From Bacteroidota bacterium (GTDB lineage: Bacteria > Bacteroidota > Bacteroidia > Flavobacteriales > BACL11): a stretch of DNA of 64,000 nucleotides. This document shows, piece by piece, positions 1 through 11,500 of the stretch. The position numbers and the translations under genes were made by a program. The notes beneath the pieces were generated by a model. The model did not search any database, was not told the DNA's origin, and saw nothing but the letters and a program-made list of their open reading frames with translations. The stretch is from the NCBI GenBank assembly GCA_028408365.1, contig JAOOLD010000002.1:80409-144408 (forward strand), in the 5' to 3' direction. Each line of letters starts with the position of its first letter. Position 1 is the stretch's first letter.

Positions 1-810
1 ATGATCATCTAAAAATTGGGCCCCTCTTTCAAAAACAAAAAACTCACCATATCCTATGTCATGTCCTATATTCCAAACTTTTTGTAAAATATTATCTGCA
101 TAGAATTTTGAAAAATCTTCCTCATAAAATTTAGCATTTGGACCACCAACCATATCTAAAAGAATGCCATATTTTGCGAAATAATTTTTTCTGTGTTTGT
201 TTTTAGACCAATATTGAGATCCTAAACACCACGAATCTTGCATTGTGGGAAATTTACTATTTTCTGGCTGCCCATAGTCTTCACCATCAAAAAGAATAAT
301 ATCGACACCTACTTTTGGTTTTTTAATTTTAATATTTCTTGCTATTTCAATTAACATTCCAACTCCGCTACCACCGTCATTTGCCCCAAGAATTGGTTTA
401 TTTTTTCTGACGCTATCATGATCGGCAATATGTCTTGTGTCCCAATGTGCCATAAGCAAGATGCGATTGTTTTTTTGGGGATGAAAAGAGGCGATTATAT
501 TTTTTATTTGGTGTCTTTTATTATCATAAGTAATAACATTAGCTTCTTGGACAATCAAAGTATCAGCAATTTTAGACAGTTTTTTTATTAGCCATCTAGA
601 ACAATTTTTCGCACCCTCACTACTCAAGTATCTAGGGCCAAATTCAACTTGTTTTTGAATATAACTATAGCATGAGTCTGCGTTAAATTCAGGAACATGT
701 ATTGTGTTATCTAATTCGGAAGCTACGTTTTTTCTAATATTAGTGTTTTGCGTGCACGATGATAAAATAAAAAAAATGCAAAGAAAATTTTGTATTAATA
801 ATTTACTCAT
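1..810 (-). CDS. M28-family lipoprotein, probable glutaminyl-peptide cyclotransferase/peptidase (3' end runs off the window)
   Basis: Not in the ORF track. Translated by hand from ATG at 810: [19 protein letters not shown] (lipobox)...FNADSCYSYIQKQVEFGPR...AHWDTR...GANDGGSG...FDGED...LDMVG, typical M28 zinc-site motifs. Confidence 0.8.
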   Translation of the reverse strand, partial: MSKLLIQNFLCIFFILSSCTQNTNIRKNVASELDNTIHVPEFNADSCYSYIQKQVEFGPRYLSSEGAKNCSRWLIKKLSKIADTLIVQEANVITYDNKRHQIKNIIASFHPQKNNRILLMAHWDTRHIADHDSVRKNKPILGANDGGSGVGMLIEIARNIKIKKPKVGVDIILFDGEDYGQPENSKFPTMQDSWCLGSQYWSKNKHRKNYFAKYGILLDMVGGPNAKFYEEDFSKFYADNILQKVWNIGHDIGYGEFFVFERGAQFLDDH

Positions 811-2278
811 TTAATTCCCAATTAGTCCCTTCTTTTGTATCTTTAATTTGAATATTTATTTCAAATAATTTATCTCTAATTATATCAGCTGTTTCCCAAT
901 CTTTATTCTTTTTAGAATTATCTCTTAAATCTATAATTAGCTTCATAAGCTCTTTACTCAAATCATTATTGATATTCTCAACTATTTTTTTAATGCCCAA
1001 TAACTCAAATAAAAAAATATCAAATATTTTTTTTACAAGTTCTTTTTGTAAAAAGGTCATTGTTATTTTTTCTTTTATTGAGGTATTTATAATTTTTGAT
1101 AATTCAAATAAATTAGCAATTACAATTGGCGTATTAAAGTCATCATTCAATGCTGAGTAACAATTAGTTTTAATTTTTTCTAAATCATCGTTAACAAATC
1201 CTTTTTTTTCACAGTTAATATTTTCAATATTTTCATACGATTTTAATAATTTATTGAGACCTTTTTCGCAAGAAACTAATGCATCATTAGAAAAGTCAAT
1301 AGTCCCTCTATAGTGAGCTTGTAAGATTAAAAATCTAATTACCATTGGGTGGTATGCCTTATCAAGTTTTGCATGAGAACCATTAAAAAACTCATTCAAG
1401 TTTATAAAATTTCCTAACGATTTCCCCATTTTCTGACCATCAATTGTTATCATATTATTATGTATCCAGTAGTTGGCTGGAGGACATAAATCTGCAGCGT
1501 AACTTTGGCATATTTCTGCTTCGTGGTGGGGAAAAATTAAGTCAAGACCACCACCATGAATATCAAAATTTTCACCCAAGTACTTTTTGCTCATTGCTGA
1601 ACATTCAATGTGCCATCCTGGAAAGCCAACGCCCCATGGTGAATTCCATTTCATTATATGACGATTTGAAGCTTTTTTCCAAAGTGCAAAATCTGCAGCA
1701 TGTTTTTTTTCTGACTGAGATTCTAATTCTCTTGTCCCCTCAATATTATCTTCAATCTTTCTGCCTGATAAAACTCCATAATTGTATGTCTCGCTGTATT
1801 TTTTAACATCCATGTAAACTGAACCGTTTTTAACATAAGCAAACCCATTTTTAATAATTTTTTCAATCATCTCTATTTGTTCAATTATGTGACCTGTTGC
1901 CCGAGGCTCAATCGAAGGAGATAGGCAATTTAGTTTTTTTAAGCATTCGTGATATTTTTCTGTATAAAATTGGGCTACCTCCATAGGTTCAAGCATTTCA
2001 CTTTTTGCTTTTTTTTCAATCTTGTCAATACCATCATCAGAATCATTTTCTAAATGACCAACATCAGTAATGTTTCTAACATACCTAGTTTTGTGTCCAA
2101 GATGTGTAAAATATCTAAAAATAACATCAAATACAATTGCTGGTCTGGCATGGCCAAGATGAGGTTCTCCATAAACTGTTGGGCCACATACATACATACC
2201 AATACAATTTTTATTAACTGGATTAAAAATATCTTTTGTTTTTGTGAGTGTATTATAAATTTTCAGTTGTTCTTTCAA
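803..2278 (-). CDS. cysS: Cysteine--tRNA ligase
   Basis: [35 protein letters not shown] motifs. Confidence 0.98.
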   Translation of the reverse strand: MKEQLKIYNTLTKTKDIFNPVNKNCIGMYVCGPTVYGEPHLGHARPAIVFDVIFRYFTHLGHKTRYVRNITDVGHLENDSDDGIDKIEKKAKSEMLEPMEVAQFYTEKYHECLKKLNCLSPSIEPRATGHIIEQIEMIEKIIKNGFAYVKNGSVYMDVKKYSETYNYGVLSGRKIEDNIEGTRELESQSEKKHAADFALWKKASNRHIMKWNSPWGVGFPGWHIECSAMSKKYLGENFDIHGGGLDLIFPHHEAEICQSYAADLCPPANYWIHNNMITIDGQKMGKSLGNFINLNEFFNGSHAKLDKAYHPMVIRFLILQAHYRGTIDFSNDALVSCEKGLNKLLKSYENIENINCEKKGFVNDDLEKIKTNCYSALNDDFNTPIVIANLFELSKIINTSIKEKITMTFLQKELVKKIFDIFLFELLGIKKIVENINNDLSKELMKLIIDLRDNSKKNKDWETADIIRDKLFEINIQIKDTKEGTNWELNE

Positions 2279-3216
2279 TTCGATAAATTTTTAAACATTT
2301 CAGAAGTTAGTTTTTCTAGACTAAATTTTGCTTTCCATCCCCAATCAACTTTTGCTTCTTGATCGTCTATGCTATCTGGCCAAGAGTCTGCAATTTTTTG
2401 TCTATAATCAGGTTTAAATTTAACATTAAAATTAGGGAAATAAATTTTTATTTGCTTTTCTAATTCTTTAGGCGTAAAACTTACTGCTGAAATATTATAA
2501 GAAGTCCTAATTTTAATATTTTCTTTTTTAGTTGTCATTATCTTCAAAATAGCTTCAATTGCATCATCCATGTACATCATTGGTAATATAGTCTCTTTAG
2601 ACAAGAAGCATGTGTAATCATTGTTTTTTAAAGCATAATAAAAGATTTCTACTGCATAATCAGTAGTCCCTCCACCAGCCAAGGATCTCCAGCCAATTAG
2701 ACCTGGCAATCTGAGGCTTCGAACATCAACATCAAATTTATCATAGTAATATTTGCAAAGTTTTTCTCCAGCCAATTTTGTTATTCCATAAATGGAGCTC
2801 GGATTTAAAATAGTGTTTTGTGGTGTATTTAATTTTGGACTATCAGGTCCAAAAACAGCAATTGAGGATGGCCAAAAAACTTTTTTTATAATTTTCTTTC
2901 TAGCAAGCTCCAACACGTTTATGAGCGAATTCATATTTAATTCCCATGATATCAGTACATTTTTTTCTGCAAGTGCAGATAAAGAGGCAGCCAATAAATA
3001 TATTTCAGAAATATTTTCTTCTTTTACTTTTCTAGTCAATATTTTATTATCAAGAACATCTAGTTTTATAAAGTTTTTATGTTGATTTTTTTCTTTAGGA
3101 GGATTAAGATCAGAACAAATAATATTTTCAGCGCCGTAAATTCTCTCTAAACTAAGGCAAAGGTCAGTGCCTATTTGTCCAGAAGAACCTATAACTAAAA
3201 TTTTATTATTTTTCAT
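2275..3216 (-). CDS. NAD-dependent epimerase/dehydratase family, SDR-type L-threonine 3-dehydrogenase-like
   Basis: GSSGQIG Rossmann motif, PSSIAVFG, YGITK, GGGTTDYAV, RQKIADSWP. Confidence 0.85.
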   Translation of the reverse strand: MKNNKILVIGSSGQIGTDLCLSLERIYGAENIICSDLNPPKEKNQHKNFIKLDVLDNKILTRKVKEENISEIYLLAASLSALAEKNVLISWELNMNSLINVLELARKKIIKKVFWPSSIAVFGPDSPKLNTPQNTILNPSSIYGITKLAGEKLCKYYYDKFDVDVRSLRLPGLIGWRSLAGGGTTDYAVEIFYYALKNNDYTCFLSKETILPMMYMDDAIEAILKIMTTKKENIKIRTSYNISAVSFTPKELEKQIKIYFPNFNVKFKPDYRQKIADSWPDSIDDQEAKVDWGWKAKFSLEKLTSEMFKNLSN

Positions 3217-3223
3217 AGTTTTA

Positions 3224-3231
3224 CAAATATA
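3224..3231 (-). promoter_or_regulatory. Bacteroidota -7 promoter box (TATATTTG) for the tdh-like/cysS/M28 operon
   Basis: Matches TAnnTTTG, 7 nt upstream of the ATG at 3216. Confidence 0.6.
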
Positions 3232-3256
3232 GTACTATAATAAAATTAATATCAAT

Positions 3257-4288
3257 TTGGACCCAAACGGAAATAAGTATTTATTATTTAATAAGCTCAG
3301 CCCTCAAGATGCTAAGAAAAAATTAGCAAGTGAAACATTTAAAAGAACAACTTTATCTTTTTACAAGTATGTTAAATTAAACGATATATCTCATTATAGA
3401 GACTATCTTTACAAAAAATGGGATAAATTAAAAATTCTTGGTCGTGTATATATTGCCACTGAGGGAATTAATGCTCAGATTAGTATTCCGAATCATAATA
3501 TTGAAAAATTCAAAGAGCAACTTTATGATGACAGATGCTTAAAAAATATTTCTTTAAAAGAAGCAATTGAAGAAAAAGAATCTTCATTTTTTAAGTTGAT
3601 AATTAAAATTAAAAAAAGAATAGTTGCTGATGGATTAACTGAAGTTGATTTTGACTCAAGCAATGTTGGAAATCATTTAAATGCAGATCAATGGAATGAT
3701 GCTATTGATAAAGGGGCTGTGATTGTTGATATGAGAAATCATTACGAAAGTGAAATAGGACATTTTAAAAATGCAATTCTTCCTCAATCAGAAACTTTTA
3801 AACAAGAACTGCCAATGGTAAAAGAATTGTTATCTGAGAATAAAAATGATAAAATTTTACTTTATTGCACCGGAGGAATTAGATGTGAAAAAGCTTCTGC
3901 TTACTTAAAACATAGTGGATTCATAGATGTTAATCAATTACACGGAGGCATAATAGATTATAAAAAACAGTTAATGGATAATCCAAAGCTTGAGAATAAA
4001 TTTATTGGTAAAAATTTTGTATTTGATGAAAGATTATCTGAAAAAATCTCTGAAGAAGTTATAAGTTTTTGTCATCAGTGCGGAAGTAAATGTGACACGC
4101 ATATAAATTGTAAAAATATGAGTTGTAACCTTTTATTTATTCAATGTAAAAAATGTAAAGAAAAGTTTAGTTCCTGTTGTTCAACTGAGTGTAAGAAGAT
4201 TATAGATCTGCCAGAAAATGAGCAAAAAAATCTCAGGCAAGGATTAATAAATAAAAAGAGATTTAATTCTCACAGACTCATAAACTAA
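3257..4288 (+). CDS. trhO: Rhodanese-domain tRNA uridine(34) hydroxylase (TrhO/YceA, UPF0176)
   Basis: SFYKY, GRVYIATEGINAQ, DMRNHYESEIGHF, YCTGGIRCEK, GKNFVFDER and a Cys-rich C-terminus. The TTG start is uncertain. Confidence 0.9.
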   Translation: MDPNGNKYLLFNKLSPQDAKKKLASETFKRTTLSFYKYVKLNDISHYRDYLYKKWDKLKILGRVYIATEGINAQISIPNHNIEKFKEQLYDDRCLKNISLKEAIEEKESSFFKLIIKIKKRIVADGLTEVDFDSSNVGNHLNADQWNDAIDKGAVIVDMRNHYESEIGHFKNAILPQSETFKQELPMVKELLSENKNDKILLYCTGGIRCEKASAYLKHSGFIDVNQLHGGIIDYKKQLMDNPKLENKFIGKNFVFDERLSEKISEEVISFCHQCGSKCDTHINCKNMSCNLLFIQCKKCKEKFSSCCSTECKKIIDLPENEQKNLRQGLINKKRFNSHRLIN

Positions 4289-6020
4289 TATCCAAATTCA
4301 AATCTTCAAGGATGTTTTTATCAATTATTGACGGAGATTCAATCATAATATCTTTTCCGCTGTTGTTCTTCGGAAATGCAATGTAATCTCTAATACTTTC
4401 ATCACCGTTTATTACAGCGCATAATCTATCAAGTCCAAATGCAATTCCACCGTGAGGGGGAGCACCATATTCAAACGCATTCATTAAAAAACCAAATTGT
4501 TCTGATGCTTCTTTTTCAGTGAATCCAAGAAAAGAAAAAATTTGGTTCTGAAGTTCTTTATTATGTATTCTTATACTTCCACCTCCGATTTCACTACCAT
4601 TTAGTACAAGATCGTATGCGTTAGCTTTCACTTGTAGAGGATTTGAGCTTAATTTTTTAATGTCATCTTCTTTGGGTGCTGTAAATGGATGATGCATAGC
4701 AGAGTATCTTTTATTTTCATCGTCCCACTCAAATAATGGAAAGTCAATAACCCAAAGTGGCACAAACTTATTTTTATTAATTAAGTCTAAACTTTTGGCT
4801 AAAAAAATCCTTAATTTACCTAAGACACTTAGTATATTTTCTCTTTTTCCTGACATGAAAAAAGCTATGTCACCTTTATTAAGGTTTAAGTCAGAAGCAA
4901 GAGAACACTTGTCTTTTTCAGATAAAAATTTATCTACTGTTGACTTTATAACACCATCTTCATTAATTTTAATGTTAAATAGTTTGTCACCCCCAACTTC
5001 TTGTTGCTTTATATAATTACTAAAATTATCTATTTGTTTTCTTGAAATCGATGATCCTGATTCAATTTTGATTCCGGCAGTAAATTCATATTTGAAAAAA
5101 TCAAAAAATTTTGTATCTACAATAGTTTCAGATAAATTGATAATCTCTAAATCGTATCTTAAATCAGGCTTATCTGTTCCATATTTTGAAATTGATTCTT
5201 CATAGGTAATTTGTTTAAAATCTTTAACGTTTATATTTTTAATTTTAAAAATTAAATCTTTGATTAGTCCTTCAAAAGTTTCTAAAACTTGATTTTGATT
5301 AACAAAGGACATTTCGCAATCAATTTGAGTAAATTCAGGCTGCCTATCTGCTCTTAGATCTTCATCTCTAAAGCACTTGACTATTTGATAATATTTATCG
5401 ATTCCAGCAACCATTAAAAGTTGTTTAAAAGTTTGTGGTGATTGAGGTAGAGCATAAAATTTACCTGAGTTCATTCTAGAGGGGACAATGAAATCTCTCG
5501 CCCCCTCAGGAGTTGATTTAATTAAATATGGTGTTTCTACGTCTATAAATCCTATGCTGTTCAAGTAGCTTCTAGCCTCTGAACTGATTTTGTGTCTTAA
5601 AATTAAGTTTTCCCTGATTTTATTTCTTCTAATATCTAAGTATCTATATTTCATTCTTAGCTCCTCTCCACCATCAGTTTTATCTTCAATTGTAAAAGGT
5701 GGTGTTTTTGAGGGGTTTAGAATATTGAGCTCATCAACTAAAACCTCAATCTCTCCAGTTTTTATGTTTTTGTTTTTACTTTCTCTTTCCACAACTTTTC
5801 CAACAATTTTAAGTACATATTCTCTTCCAAGACTTTGCGCTTTATCAAAAAGTTGGATATTATCTTGTTCAAATTTTAGTTGAGTAATCCCATACCTATC
5901 TCTGAGATCTATGAACAATACGTTACCAAGATTTCTTGATTTTTGAACCCATCCGCTTAAAATCACAGTGGTTCCAACTTTTTCAAGATTTAATTCTCCA
6001 CAATTAAAGTTTCTAAACAC
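4278..6020 (-). CDS. aspS: Aspartate--tRNA ligase
   Basis: FIDLRDRYG, TPEGARDF, LPQSPQ, FRDEDLRADRQPEFTQID, APPHGGIAFGLDR. Start reassigned to GTG at 6020 (VFRNFNCGEL); the ORF-track extension overlaps tadA. Confidence 0.97.
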   Translation of the reverse strand: MFRNFNCGELNLEKVGTTVILSGWVQKSRNLGNVLFIDLRDRYGITQLKFEQDNIQLFDKAQSLGREYVLKIVGKVVERESKNKNIKTGEIEVLVDELNILNPSKTPPFTIEDKTDGGEELRMKYRYLDIRRNKIRENLILRHKISSEARSYLNSIGFIDVETPYLIKSTPEGARDFIVPSRMNSGKFYALPQSPQTFKQLLMVAGIDKYYQIVKCFRDEDLRADRQPEFTQIDCEMSFVNQNQVLETFEGLIKDLIFKIKNINVKDFKQITYEESISKYGTDKPDLRYDLEIINLSETIVDTKFFDFFKYEFTAGIKIESGSSISRKQIDNFSNYIKQQEVGGDKLFNIKINEDGVIKSTVDKFLSEKDKCSLASDLNLNKGDIAFFMSGKRENILSVLGKLRIFLAKSLDLINKNKFVPLWVIDFPLFEWDDENKRYSAMHHPFTAPKEDDIKKLSSNPLQVKANAYDLVLNGSEIGGGSIRIHNKELQNQIFSFLGFTEKEASEQFGFLMNAFEYGAPPHGGIAFGLDRLCAVINGDESIRDYIAFPKNNSGKDIMIESPSIIDKNILEDLNLDISL

Positions 6021-6053
6021 TTTTTTTTTAACAAACTTAATAAAATCATAGCG

Positions 6054-6061
6054 TATATTTG
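6054..6061 (+). promoter_or_regulatory. -7 box TATATTTG, 4 nt before the tadA ATG
   Basis: TATATTTG-taaa-ATG. Confidence 0.65.
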
Positions 6062-6065
6062 TAAA

Positions 6066-6512
6066 ATGGATTTTAATGTTTTTAGTGATGAATTCTTCAT
6101 GAGACAAGCAATTGAAGAAGCAAAAAAAGCAATGAAAAAAGATGAAGTTCCAATTGGAGCTGTAATTGTATGTCAAAATCAAATTATAGCTAGAGCTCAT
6201 AATTTGTGCGAGTCATTAAATGATGCCACTGCTCACGCAGAAATGCAAGCTTTTACAAGTGCAAGTAATTATCTTTCTAATAAATACTTAAACGATTGCA
6301 GACTATTTGTTACTTTGGAACCATGTGTAATGTGTGCTGGAGCGTCTTATTGGGTCAGAATAAGTGAAATTATTTTTGGTGCGTCCGACAAAAAAAAAGG
6401 GTTTTTAACTTTAAACCCTCACATTCTTCACCCTAGCACTAAAATAAAAAAAGGCATTTATGAAAATGAGTGTAGTCAAATGTTAAAAGATTTTTTTAAA
6501 ACTAAACGATAA
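6066..6512 (+). CDS. tadA: tRNA-specific adenosine deaminase
   Basis: EVPIGAVIV, DATAHAE, TLEPCVMC. Confidence 0.93.
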   Translation: MDFNVFSDEFFMRQAIEEAKKAMKKDEVPIGAVIVCQNQIIARAHNLCESLNDATAHAEMQAFTSASNYLSNKYLNDCRLFVTLEPCVMCAGASYWVRISEIIFGASDKKKGFLTLNPHILHPSTKIKKGIYENECSQMLKDFFKTKR

Positions 6513-6538
6513 TAAGTTTATTTTTGCGAAAAAAAAAT

Positions 6539-6949
6539 ATGTATCCTGAACAATTATGTACACCAATGAGGTTAGAGCTAACTTCTGCTGGTTATAAAGA
6601 ACTAAAAACCTCAGAAGAGGTAACAAATTTAATGAGCCAAGAGGGGACAGTTTTATTGATGGTAAATTCCGTCTGTGGTTGTGCTGCTGGAAATGCAAGG
6701 CCAGCAGCGATAATGGCAACTAAATTTAATCCAAAGCCTGACAATTTTGCAACAGTATTTGCTGGTCAAGACTCTGAAGCAACTGCAAAAGCCAGAGATT
6801 TTATGCTTCCTTATCCAGCTTCATCACCGTCAATAGCATTGCTCAAGGATGGTAAAGTTGTCCATATGATTGAAAGACATCATATTGAGGGTAGAGATGC
6901 TAAATTAATAAGTGAAAATCTAAAATCTGCTTTCGAGTCTCATTGTTAA
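6539..6949 (+). CDS. BrxA/BrxB-family bacilliredoxin (YphP/YqiW)
   Basis: NSVCGCAAGNARP, TVFAGQD, SSPSIAL, ERHHIEG. Start set at ATG 6539 (MYPEQL); TATTTTTG box at 6519-6526. Confidence 0.9.
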   Translation: MYPEQLCTPMRLELTSAGYKELKTSEEVTNLMSQEGTVLLMVNSVCGCAAGNARPAAIMATKFNPKPDNFATVFAGQDSEATAKARDFMLPYPASSPSIALLKDGKVVHMIERHHIEGRDAKLISENLKSAFESHC

Positions 6950-7813
6950 ATGAGTTTCAAAATTTTTAAAGAACTTACTAAGTTCAGATTATCACTTACT
7001 GTTCTATTTTCAGCAATCACTGGATACTTTTTGGCTATAGAATCTGTAAACTATTTCAACTTATTACTTTTGTTTTTTGGCGGATTTTTTGTCACAGCGG
7101 GAGCAAACTCTTTTAATCAGATTATTGAAAGAGAATATGATTCTTTAATGATAAGAACCAACAAAAGACCTATACCAGCAAAGAAAATTTCTTTAAATAA
7201 TGCAATTTTATTTTCAACAATAATCTCAATTTTAGGCTTTATCATGCTAAATTCTATTAGCTTTAAATGTTTCTATCTGGGTCTATTATCTTTCTTATTT
7301 TACATTTATATTTATACTCCTTTAAAAAGAAAGTCATCAGTTGCAATTTTTTTTGGGGCAATTCCTGGAGCTATGCCGTGCTTGTTAGGCTGGGTAGCTG
7401 CTGTAAATGATTTCAGCTTAGCCTCTGGAGTTCTTTTTGCGGTACAATTTTTTTGGCAATTTCCTCACTTTATTGCAATTTCGTGGATAAGAGATGAAGA
7501 GTATAAAAATGCAAAATTTAAAATGATGCCTGGTAAAAATAAAAGTAATTTTGCTCCATCACTTTCAGTTATATTTACAATTTTGATGATTATCACTTCT
7601 ATTATTCCTTTCTTCTACAAGATAATGTACTTTGAAATAAGTAAATATGCTTGTTTGGTGATAATTTTTTTGGGTTTATTTTTTCTCTTGAAATCTTTGA
7701 AATTTTTAAATAGTCAGAATGATTATTCAGCTAGAAAAATGCTATTATTTTCTTATATTTATCTACCGATAGTTCAAGTTTTGTATGTTGTCGACAAATT
7801 TTTATTACAATGA
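6950..7813 (+). CDS. ctaB: Protoheme IX farnesyltransferase (heme o synthase)
   Basis: NQIIEREYDSLMIRTNKRPIP, YTPLKR, GAIPGA, FFWQFPHF; multi-pass membrane protein. Confidence 0.92.
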   Translation: MSFKIFKELTKFRLSLTVLFSAITGYFLAIESVNYFNLLLLFFGGFFVTAGANSFNQIIEREYDSLMIRTNKRPIPAKKISLNNAILFSTIISILGFIMLNSISFKCFYLGLLSFLFYIYIYTPLKRKSSVAIFFGAIPGAMPCLLGWVAAVNDFSLASGVLFAVQFFWQFPHFIAISWIRDEEYKNAKFKMMPGKNKSNFAPSLSVIFTILMIITSIIPFFYKIMYFEISKYACLVIIFLGLFFLLKSLKFLNSQNDYSARKMLLFSYIYLPIVQVLYVVDKFLLQ

Positions 7814-8391
7814 ATCAAAAAAAATATAATAAATTAATAACTGCTGTTTCAGTATTAATACCTTTAGTAGTAGCACTTTTACTTTTCCTCAAATGGGATG
7901 CAGATAAATTAGTATTTGACTTAAGAGCGCCAAATTCTGAACCAATAATATTAATCGAAAATTTACCTGTTGCCAAACCACTTAAAAGTTTGCCTCCAGT
8001 TTACTCTAGTACCAATGCAGTCACCGCATTACTTCTAGTTTTTGCTTACATTGCTATAAGGAGAAAGAAAGTTAAATTGCATGAAAGTTTAATGAAAGCA
8101 TCCATAGCATTATCTTTATCTTTTCTTGTAATGTATATTGCTTATCACATAACAACTGACCCAACTCCATTTGGAGGATCAGGTTTGATAAAATATTCTT
8201 ATTATTTTATTTTAATATCACATATATTACTTTCGATTATATTAATTCCTCTCGTCTTGATTAGTTATGTAAGAGCCTTTCAAAAAGCATTTCCTTCACA
8301 CAAAAAGATAGCTAGAATCACATTTCCAATATGGCTATATGTTACAGTAACAGGAGTTATTGTTTACTTAATGATCGCTCCTTATTATTAA
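7810..8391 (+). CDS. DUF420-family membrane protein (cytochrome oxidase-associated)
   Basis: FLVMYIAYH, YYFILISHILLS, HKKIARITFPIWLYVTVTGVIVYLMIAPYY. Confidence 0.85.
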   Translation: MNQKKYNKLITAVSVLIPLVVALLLFLKWDADKLVFDLRAPNSEPIILIENLPVAKPLKSLPPVYSSTNAVTALLLVFAYIAIRRKKVKLHESLMKASIALSLSFLVMYIAYHITTDPTPFGGSGLIKYSYYFILISHILLSIILIPLVLISYVRAFQKAFPSHKKIARITFPIWLYVTVTGVIVYLMIAPYY

Positions 8392-8521
8392 TAATCAGAG
8401 CTGAAGAATAAAATATATCCAATTTTAATGGTCCAACAATCAAGGATTTAGGATATTCATTACATTAAAAACTACAAATATTTGTATCTTGCAATCATAT
8501 TTAAGATAATCAAGCATCAAT

Positions 8522-11500
8522 ATGAAGAAGTTTATAATTTTTTTATCCATTTTATTCACTGTATTTTTCTCGTATAATTCCAAATCACAAACAATTGATT
8601 CCGTTTCAACAACAGTCCCAATTTCATGCTATGGTGATTTAGCAACCGTAAATGTTTACATTACTCAAACCTCTCCAGCATCTCCTATCAAATTAATGAA
8701 TTACAGGTTTGCAACACCAACTTTTTTAGTTTCATACGGATCTTCTGCTGTTACAACAGGAACCACACAGCCATTTTCAGGTATGATAGCAACAAACTAT
8801 AGAATGCTTATGGTTGATTCAGCCTCTTTCTGGAGTGCGTTTCCTCCGCTACCTGGCTCAACAAATCCTTTTGTGCCAAATTCACAGCTTGTTAATCCTT
8901 CAAACCCAGCAATTATTGGATATCAAGATTATACTGTTTTAGGTGTTCCATTGCTTTCGACCACCACTTTACAAACAGCTTTTAACGGATGTTTTGGAGA
9001 TTGCAATGCTGCTCAAAATATAAGTATCTTAGGTGGGACGCCTCCTTATAATATCACAATAACTGGTCCTGGGCTGGTAAATCAGTACAGCTTATTAGAT
9101 GCTTTTTCAATTGACACGACATACCAAAGTTTATGTGCTGGTACATATACCTATTCTGTTTCAGACGTAAATGGTTGTTTAACTACACCATCAGCTAGCT
9201 CTTTTAGTATAGGTCAGCCGACTCAATTATCAGTTTCTGCGGTAATTTCATCAAATTATAATGGAAGAAATGTGAGTTGTTATGGAGCGAGTGATGGAGA
9301 AATAACGGCAGTGGCTAGCGGTGGTACTGCTCCATATCAATATTCTTTAGATGGATCTTCATATACTTCAGATCCTGTTTTTTCTGCTTTAAGTTCTGGT
9401 GTCTACACTGTATATTACAAAGATGCGAATAACTGTTTAGCCTCTGAAAATATAACAATCAATGATCCACCAACTTTATCTGGAGCAATTTCTATAAACC
9501 AATCTGTGACATGCTACAGTGCCTGTGACGGATCACTTCAATTTATTGTCGATAATATTCAATCAGGAACAGCTCCGTATACTTATTCAATTGATGGAGG
9601 CTTAAGTTTTCAAAACTCCAATACTTTCTCGTCATTGTGCGGTGGAACTAATTATAGCATAATTGTTAAAGATGTCAATGGATGTACATTTACTTCCAAT
9701 ATTTTTCTTTCTGAGCCAACTGAAATTTTATTTAATGTCACATCATCTGATTTTAATGGATTTGGAGTCTCATGCTTTGGGGCTGATGATGGAGAGATTA
9801 TTATTTTCGCTCCTTCTGGCGGCACACCCAACTATGATTACTCAATTAATGGTGGAGCATCATATTCAAATTCTCTAATTTACAACAACCTAATCTCAGG
9901 AAATTATGTAGTAACAGTTAGAGATATTATTGGATGTACATCTGATACAACTGTTGTAATCACAGAACCCAATCAGTTTGATGTTCAATACACCTTAACT
10001 TCAAACTATAATGGAGTAAATGTTTCATGCTATGGCTCTTGTGATGGATCAATATCAATAGCTCAATCTAATGGCGTTGGAGTGGTGAGTTATTCACTTT
10101 CTGGATCTGTCACTCAAACTGCTCCAATTTTCTCTGGTCTTTGTGGTCAGATATCCAATGCTTCATACAATTTAATAGCTATTGATGATAATGGTTGTGT
10201 TGACAGCGTGGATGTAAATTTAACTGAACCGCAGCAATGGGTTTACTCTGTTGATTCAATAGGTGAGACATGTAACTTATCTAACGGACAAGCTTCAATT
10301 AATATTACTCAGGGAGGTACTGGTTCTTTAGCATATTTATGGGACGACCCAAATACACAAATTACATCTTCTGCCATTAACTTAGAAACGGGGACTTACA
10401 ATGTTACTGTTACAGATATTAATGGATGTAACTTTACAGAAGATGTATTTGTTGCTGAGGCAGATATTACACTGTCTTTTGATAGCGTTCCACCATGTAA
10501 CGGATTAAATAATGGTTCAGCAACTGTTATTCCAGATGGAACCCCACCTTATCAAGTAATTTGGTTTAACGGATCAACCTCAAATACAATATCAGGCTTG
10601 TCACCAGGGTATTATTCTGTATCTGTCATCGATGGATCAGGCTGTCTAGTTACGGATTCTGTTTTAATTACTAGTAGTGTTTATGTTGATTTACAACTAG
10701 ATTCTTTAAGTTCAGCACTAAGTGTTAATTGCTATGGCGATCAGTCTAGTGGAATAACTTTAAATGCGACAGGTGGTACAGGTTCTAATACTTACCTGTA
10801 TTATATCCCAAATACATTCCCTACACCGCAAGCATCCAATGTTTTTAGTGGACTTTATGCTGGCAACTATATTATATTTGCTGAAGATGCTAATGGTTGT
10901 GCAGACAGCTTAAATGTTACAATCAATCAGCCTGATGAAGTAAAATTTTATGCCTCAGTTTTTGATGTAAGTTGTTTTGCAGGTAATGATGGATCATTGA
11001 GTATTGATTCTGTTACAGGCGGGACGTCTCCATTTAACTATTTTTGGAACAACGGTTCAACAACTTCTTCAGTAAATGGATTAACCGCGGGAGATTATAT
11101 TATTTCTATAACTGACGCTAATGGTTGTATATCATCTCCAGTATCTGATACTCTTACAGTGTCTGAACCAACAATTTTACAAAGCTCAATAAGTATTACT
11201 AGTCATGCCACCTGCACTGGAGCTCAGACTTTGGCAACAGGTGAGCTAAATGTCACTATTTCTGGAGGAACTCCAGGTTACAGCTATTCATGGAGCAATG
11301 GTGAAACGTCCAATCAATTATCTTTTTTAATGCCAGATTTATATGTGCTTAATGTTACTGATAATAATGGATGTTTACTAACAGATTCAGCTGAAATTCT
11401 TACTGGTCAAAATCCTCAACTTGATGTATTAGTTCAAAATGTTTCTTGCTTTGGAGCAAATGACGGGATGATTTATACTTCTGCTTATGGTGGAACATTA

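Noticed and set aside
3228-3239. 12-bp palindrome TATAGTACTATA between the divergent tdh-like gene and trhO
   Set aside because: AT-rich and single copy, so plausible by chance; no cognate regulator nearby.
6021-6200. 60-codon N-terminal extension of aspS in the ORF track
   Set aside because: It overlaps tadA on the opposite strand. AspRS similarity starts at GTG 6020, which has its own TAAGTTTG box upstream.
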